Assembly: GCA_963817385.1 (NCBI GenBank)
Contig: CAWFOM010000008.1
Span: 128,001-192,000, forward strand
Direction: 5' to 3'
DNA from: an uncultured delta proteobacterium
GTDB lineage: Bacteria > Desulfobacterota > Syntrophia > Syntrophales > UBA5619
Length of the DNA stretch: 64,000 bases
In this document: positions 62,040 to 64,000 of the stretch, piece by piece
How positions within the stretch are numbered: position 1 is the first letter of the stretch
How the letters are laid out: every line of letters begins with the position of its first letter
Notes under the pieces: model-generated
What the model was told of the DNA's origin: nothing
What the model saw: only the letters and a program-made list of their open reading frames with translations
The model's database searches: none
Made by a program: the position numbers and the translations under genes

Positions 62040-62386
62040 ATACCCCTTTTCAGCTTTTCGATCTCCTCACGGATAATACGCTCGGCAACATCGGGAATGA
62101 CCTCCCGGGCAATCTTTTCCGCGATCTCCGCAGCCCGCTTCATGATTTCATCATGCAAACCTGCATCGACGAACGCCATCTTGGGTTTTTTCTCGACGAC
62201 ATCAACAAGATCATAGATCCGTTCGGGTCTTGGCTTCCCCTCCGGAAGACGCTCCGCCGGGGAAACAGACGAATCCTCCAGAACCTCCGCCAGGTCAAGA
62301 ATCCGATCTTCCGGTTTCAGCATGCGCCCCTCGATCATCATGACCCTGTTGCTGTCTTCCCCGGGCAACCCTTTCGTAACGGCCAT
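62036..62386 (-). CDS. hypothetical protein
   Basis: GGAGG RBS; repeated I.DL..V; C-terminal REVIPDVAERIIREEIEKLK helix. Confidence 0.65.
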   Translation of the reverse strand: MAVTKGLPGEDSNRVMMIEGRMLKPEDRILDLAEVLEDSSVSPAERLPEGKPRPERIYDLVDVVEKKPKMAFVDAGLHDEIMKRAAEIAEKIAREVIPDVAERIIREEIEKLKRGI

Positions 62387-62610
62387 GTTCTCCTCCCTGC
62401 TTCATCCGGCCAAAACGACGCCTGTTGCGCTAAATTGCCGTATATCCGCTGGTTTTATATTTTTCCCCGACGTCAGTTATCACACCTCTGCCGACAGTTC
62501 AAGAAAATGATGTCCTCGTAACAGTCGGTACCGTGTCAATCACAAGCCTACCTCTGCGAGGGGGGGTAGGGATGAAGCGTAGCGCAGCTTAGGGACTTTT
62601 TTCGAATCCG

Positions 62611-63552
62611 TCAAGGGAATAGTAGGAGACGGTAGATCCGCTTCCGCGACACCCCGGTCTCCTGTACGATCCGGTCCGCGATATCCCGAAGTGAGAGGCC
62701 GTCTCCCTTCTCCTGCAGCTCCTCGCACCGATGAAGGAGTTCCTCATCCGAATACTCCTTCACTCGCCCGGAGCTGCCGGCTACTATGAGGGTTACCTCT
62801 CCCCTGACCACCTTCTCTCCCAGTTCGTTGATGACCGCGCCGGCCGGCCCTCTCAGGAATTCCTCGTAGATCTTGGTTATTTCCCGTGAAACTACCACTT
62901 CCCGTTCTCCCAGCAGTTCTTCGATATCGTGCAGGGAGGACAGCAACCTATGGGGGGATTCATAAAAGATGAGCGTCTTGACCTCGTCATGGAGCGAGGT
63001 CAAGAGCTGTCGACGTTTCCCCGATTTTGACGGCAGGAATCCGAGAAAAACAAAGCTGTCCATCGGCAGGCCGGAGACGCTGAGAGCGGCGATCAGCGCC
63101 GATGCTCCGGGAACCGGTGCTATCCGGATATCGCGGGCGATCGCTTCCCTGACCAGAATATATCCGGGATCGGAGATTCCTGGTGTTCCCGCATCAGAAA
63201 CATAGGCCACATCCTCTCCCCCTTGCAGCCTCGCAAGGAGCAGTCCGCTTTTCTTCAACTCATTCTGATCATAGAGACTGGTCAACGGGGTGACGATCTG
63301 ATACTTGTCGAGGAGAACCCGTGTCCGCCGCGTATCTTCGGCCGCAATCAGACATACCTCTTTCAACACCCGGATCGCCCGGATCGTCATGTCCTCGAGG
63401 TTGCCGATCGGGGTGGCCACCATGTAAAGCGTCCCCGTCGATCCGGATCCGCCCTTTTGCGGGCGTTCCGGAGGCTCTTGCCGCGGCGTCCGTGATTCGC
63501 GGAACGGCCCTCGGCGGTTTCCATCCCGGCGTTGTTGAAGTTTTCTACCCAT
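62611..63552 (-). CDS. rsmI: 16S rRNA (C1402) 2'-O-methyltransferase
   Basis: VATPIGNLED, AAEDTR, SDAGTPGISDPG, YESPHR, REITK.YEE; start uncertain. Confidence 0.95.
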   Translation of the reverse strand: MGRKLQQRRDGNRRGPFRESRTPRQEPPERPQKGGSGSTGTLYMVATPIGNLEDMTIRAIRVLKEVCLIAAEDTRRTRVLLDKYQIVTPLTSLYDQNELKKSGLLLARLQGGEDVAYVSDAGTPGISDPGYILVREAIARDIRIAPVPGASALIAALSVSGLPMDSFVFLGFLPSKSGKRRQLLTSLHDEVKTLIFYESPHRLLSSLHDIEELLGEREVVVSREITKIYEEFLRGPAGAVINELGEKVVRGEVTLIVAGSSGRVKEYSDEELLHRCEELQEKGDGLSLRDIADRIVQETGVSRKRIYRLLLFP

Positions 63553-63736
63553 AAACGAAATACGGTGATTCTCCGTAAAATGCACCCGCTCGATAAATTG
63601 ATTGACAGATAAAATCTTTCTGTGATTTATAGCATTGCGACGGTGCAATTGCGAGAAAAACAGCCTCCTCGGAACAACAGCTTCCCGGAGAGAGGATTAT
63701 CGGGAGATTCACCATGGGTTATGAGGGATTGGCGCA

Positions 63737-64000
63737 ATGAAGCGGATTCTCATCACGGGCGGCGCCGGCTTTCTCGGTTCACATCTTTGCGAACGGCTTC
63801 TCGCAGAGAAACACGAAGTGCTGTGCCTCGACAACTTCTTCACCGGAAGCAAGGATAACATCCGCCATCTGCTGGGAAATCCGCACTTTGAGTGCATCCG
63901 CCATGACATCACCAACCCGATCTACCTGGAGGTGGATCAGATCTATAACCTCGCCTGTCCAGCGTCCCCGGTCCATTACCAGTATAACCCCATCAAGACG
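63737..64000 (+). CDS. UDP-glucuronate decarboxylase-like SDR (partial)
   Basis: [18 protein letters not shown]...DNFFTG...[14 protein letters not shown]. Confidence 0.9.
   Translation, partial: MKRILITGGAGFLGSHLCERLLAEKHEVLCLDNFFTGSKDNIRHLLGNPHFECIRHDITNPIYLEVDQIYNLACPASPVHYQYNPIKT

Overview
GC-rich bacterial chromosome segment whose gene content (PxxKW protein, sigma54 enhancer-binding protein, ptsI-ptsH-EIID, RdgC-like pair, Hdr) suggests an anaerobic Desulfobacterota/Syntrophales-like organism (inference). The main feature is a six-gene minus-strand operon, mvhD-fdhB-fdhA-hdrA-hdrC-hdrB (3084-9782), matching the subunit set of the methanogen-type formate-dependent electron-bifurcating Fdh-MvhD-Hdr complex. 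Three of its genes carry in-frame UGA codons at known Cys/Sec positions, each followed by a bacterial SECIS-like hairpin, so the ORF track splits or truncates them. The operon appears to be transcribed as a leaderless mRNA from a promoter preceded by a 3x12-bp repeat. Also present: a TetR/TolC efflux locus, a Fur-family/ZnuABC-type transporter, a sigma54 CheW/MCP module with phased enhancer repeats, and housekeeping clusters (trpS-scpAB-rluB, nadK-recN-mltA, tRNA-Val-thrS-infC-rpmI-rplT-pheST-ihfA). smpB-tmRNA is followed by an AT-rich island remnant encoding a repeat-rich secreted protein with an apparent AUA start. There is an 86-aa internally deleted enolase derivative and two structured MITE/ncRNA-like inserts. 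About a dozen genes, including essential thrS and pheT, show frameshifts that are mostly single-base insertions, most likely assembly errors. All calls come from reading motifs by eye; no searches were run.
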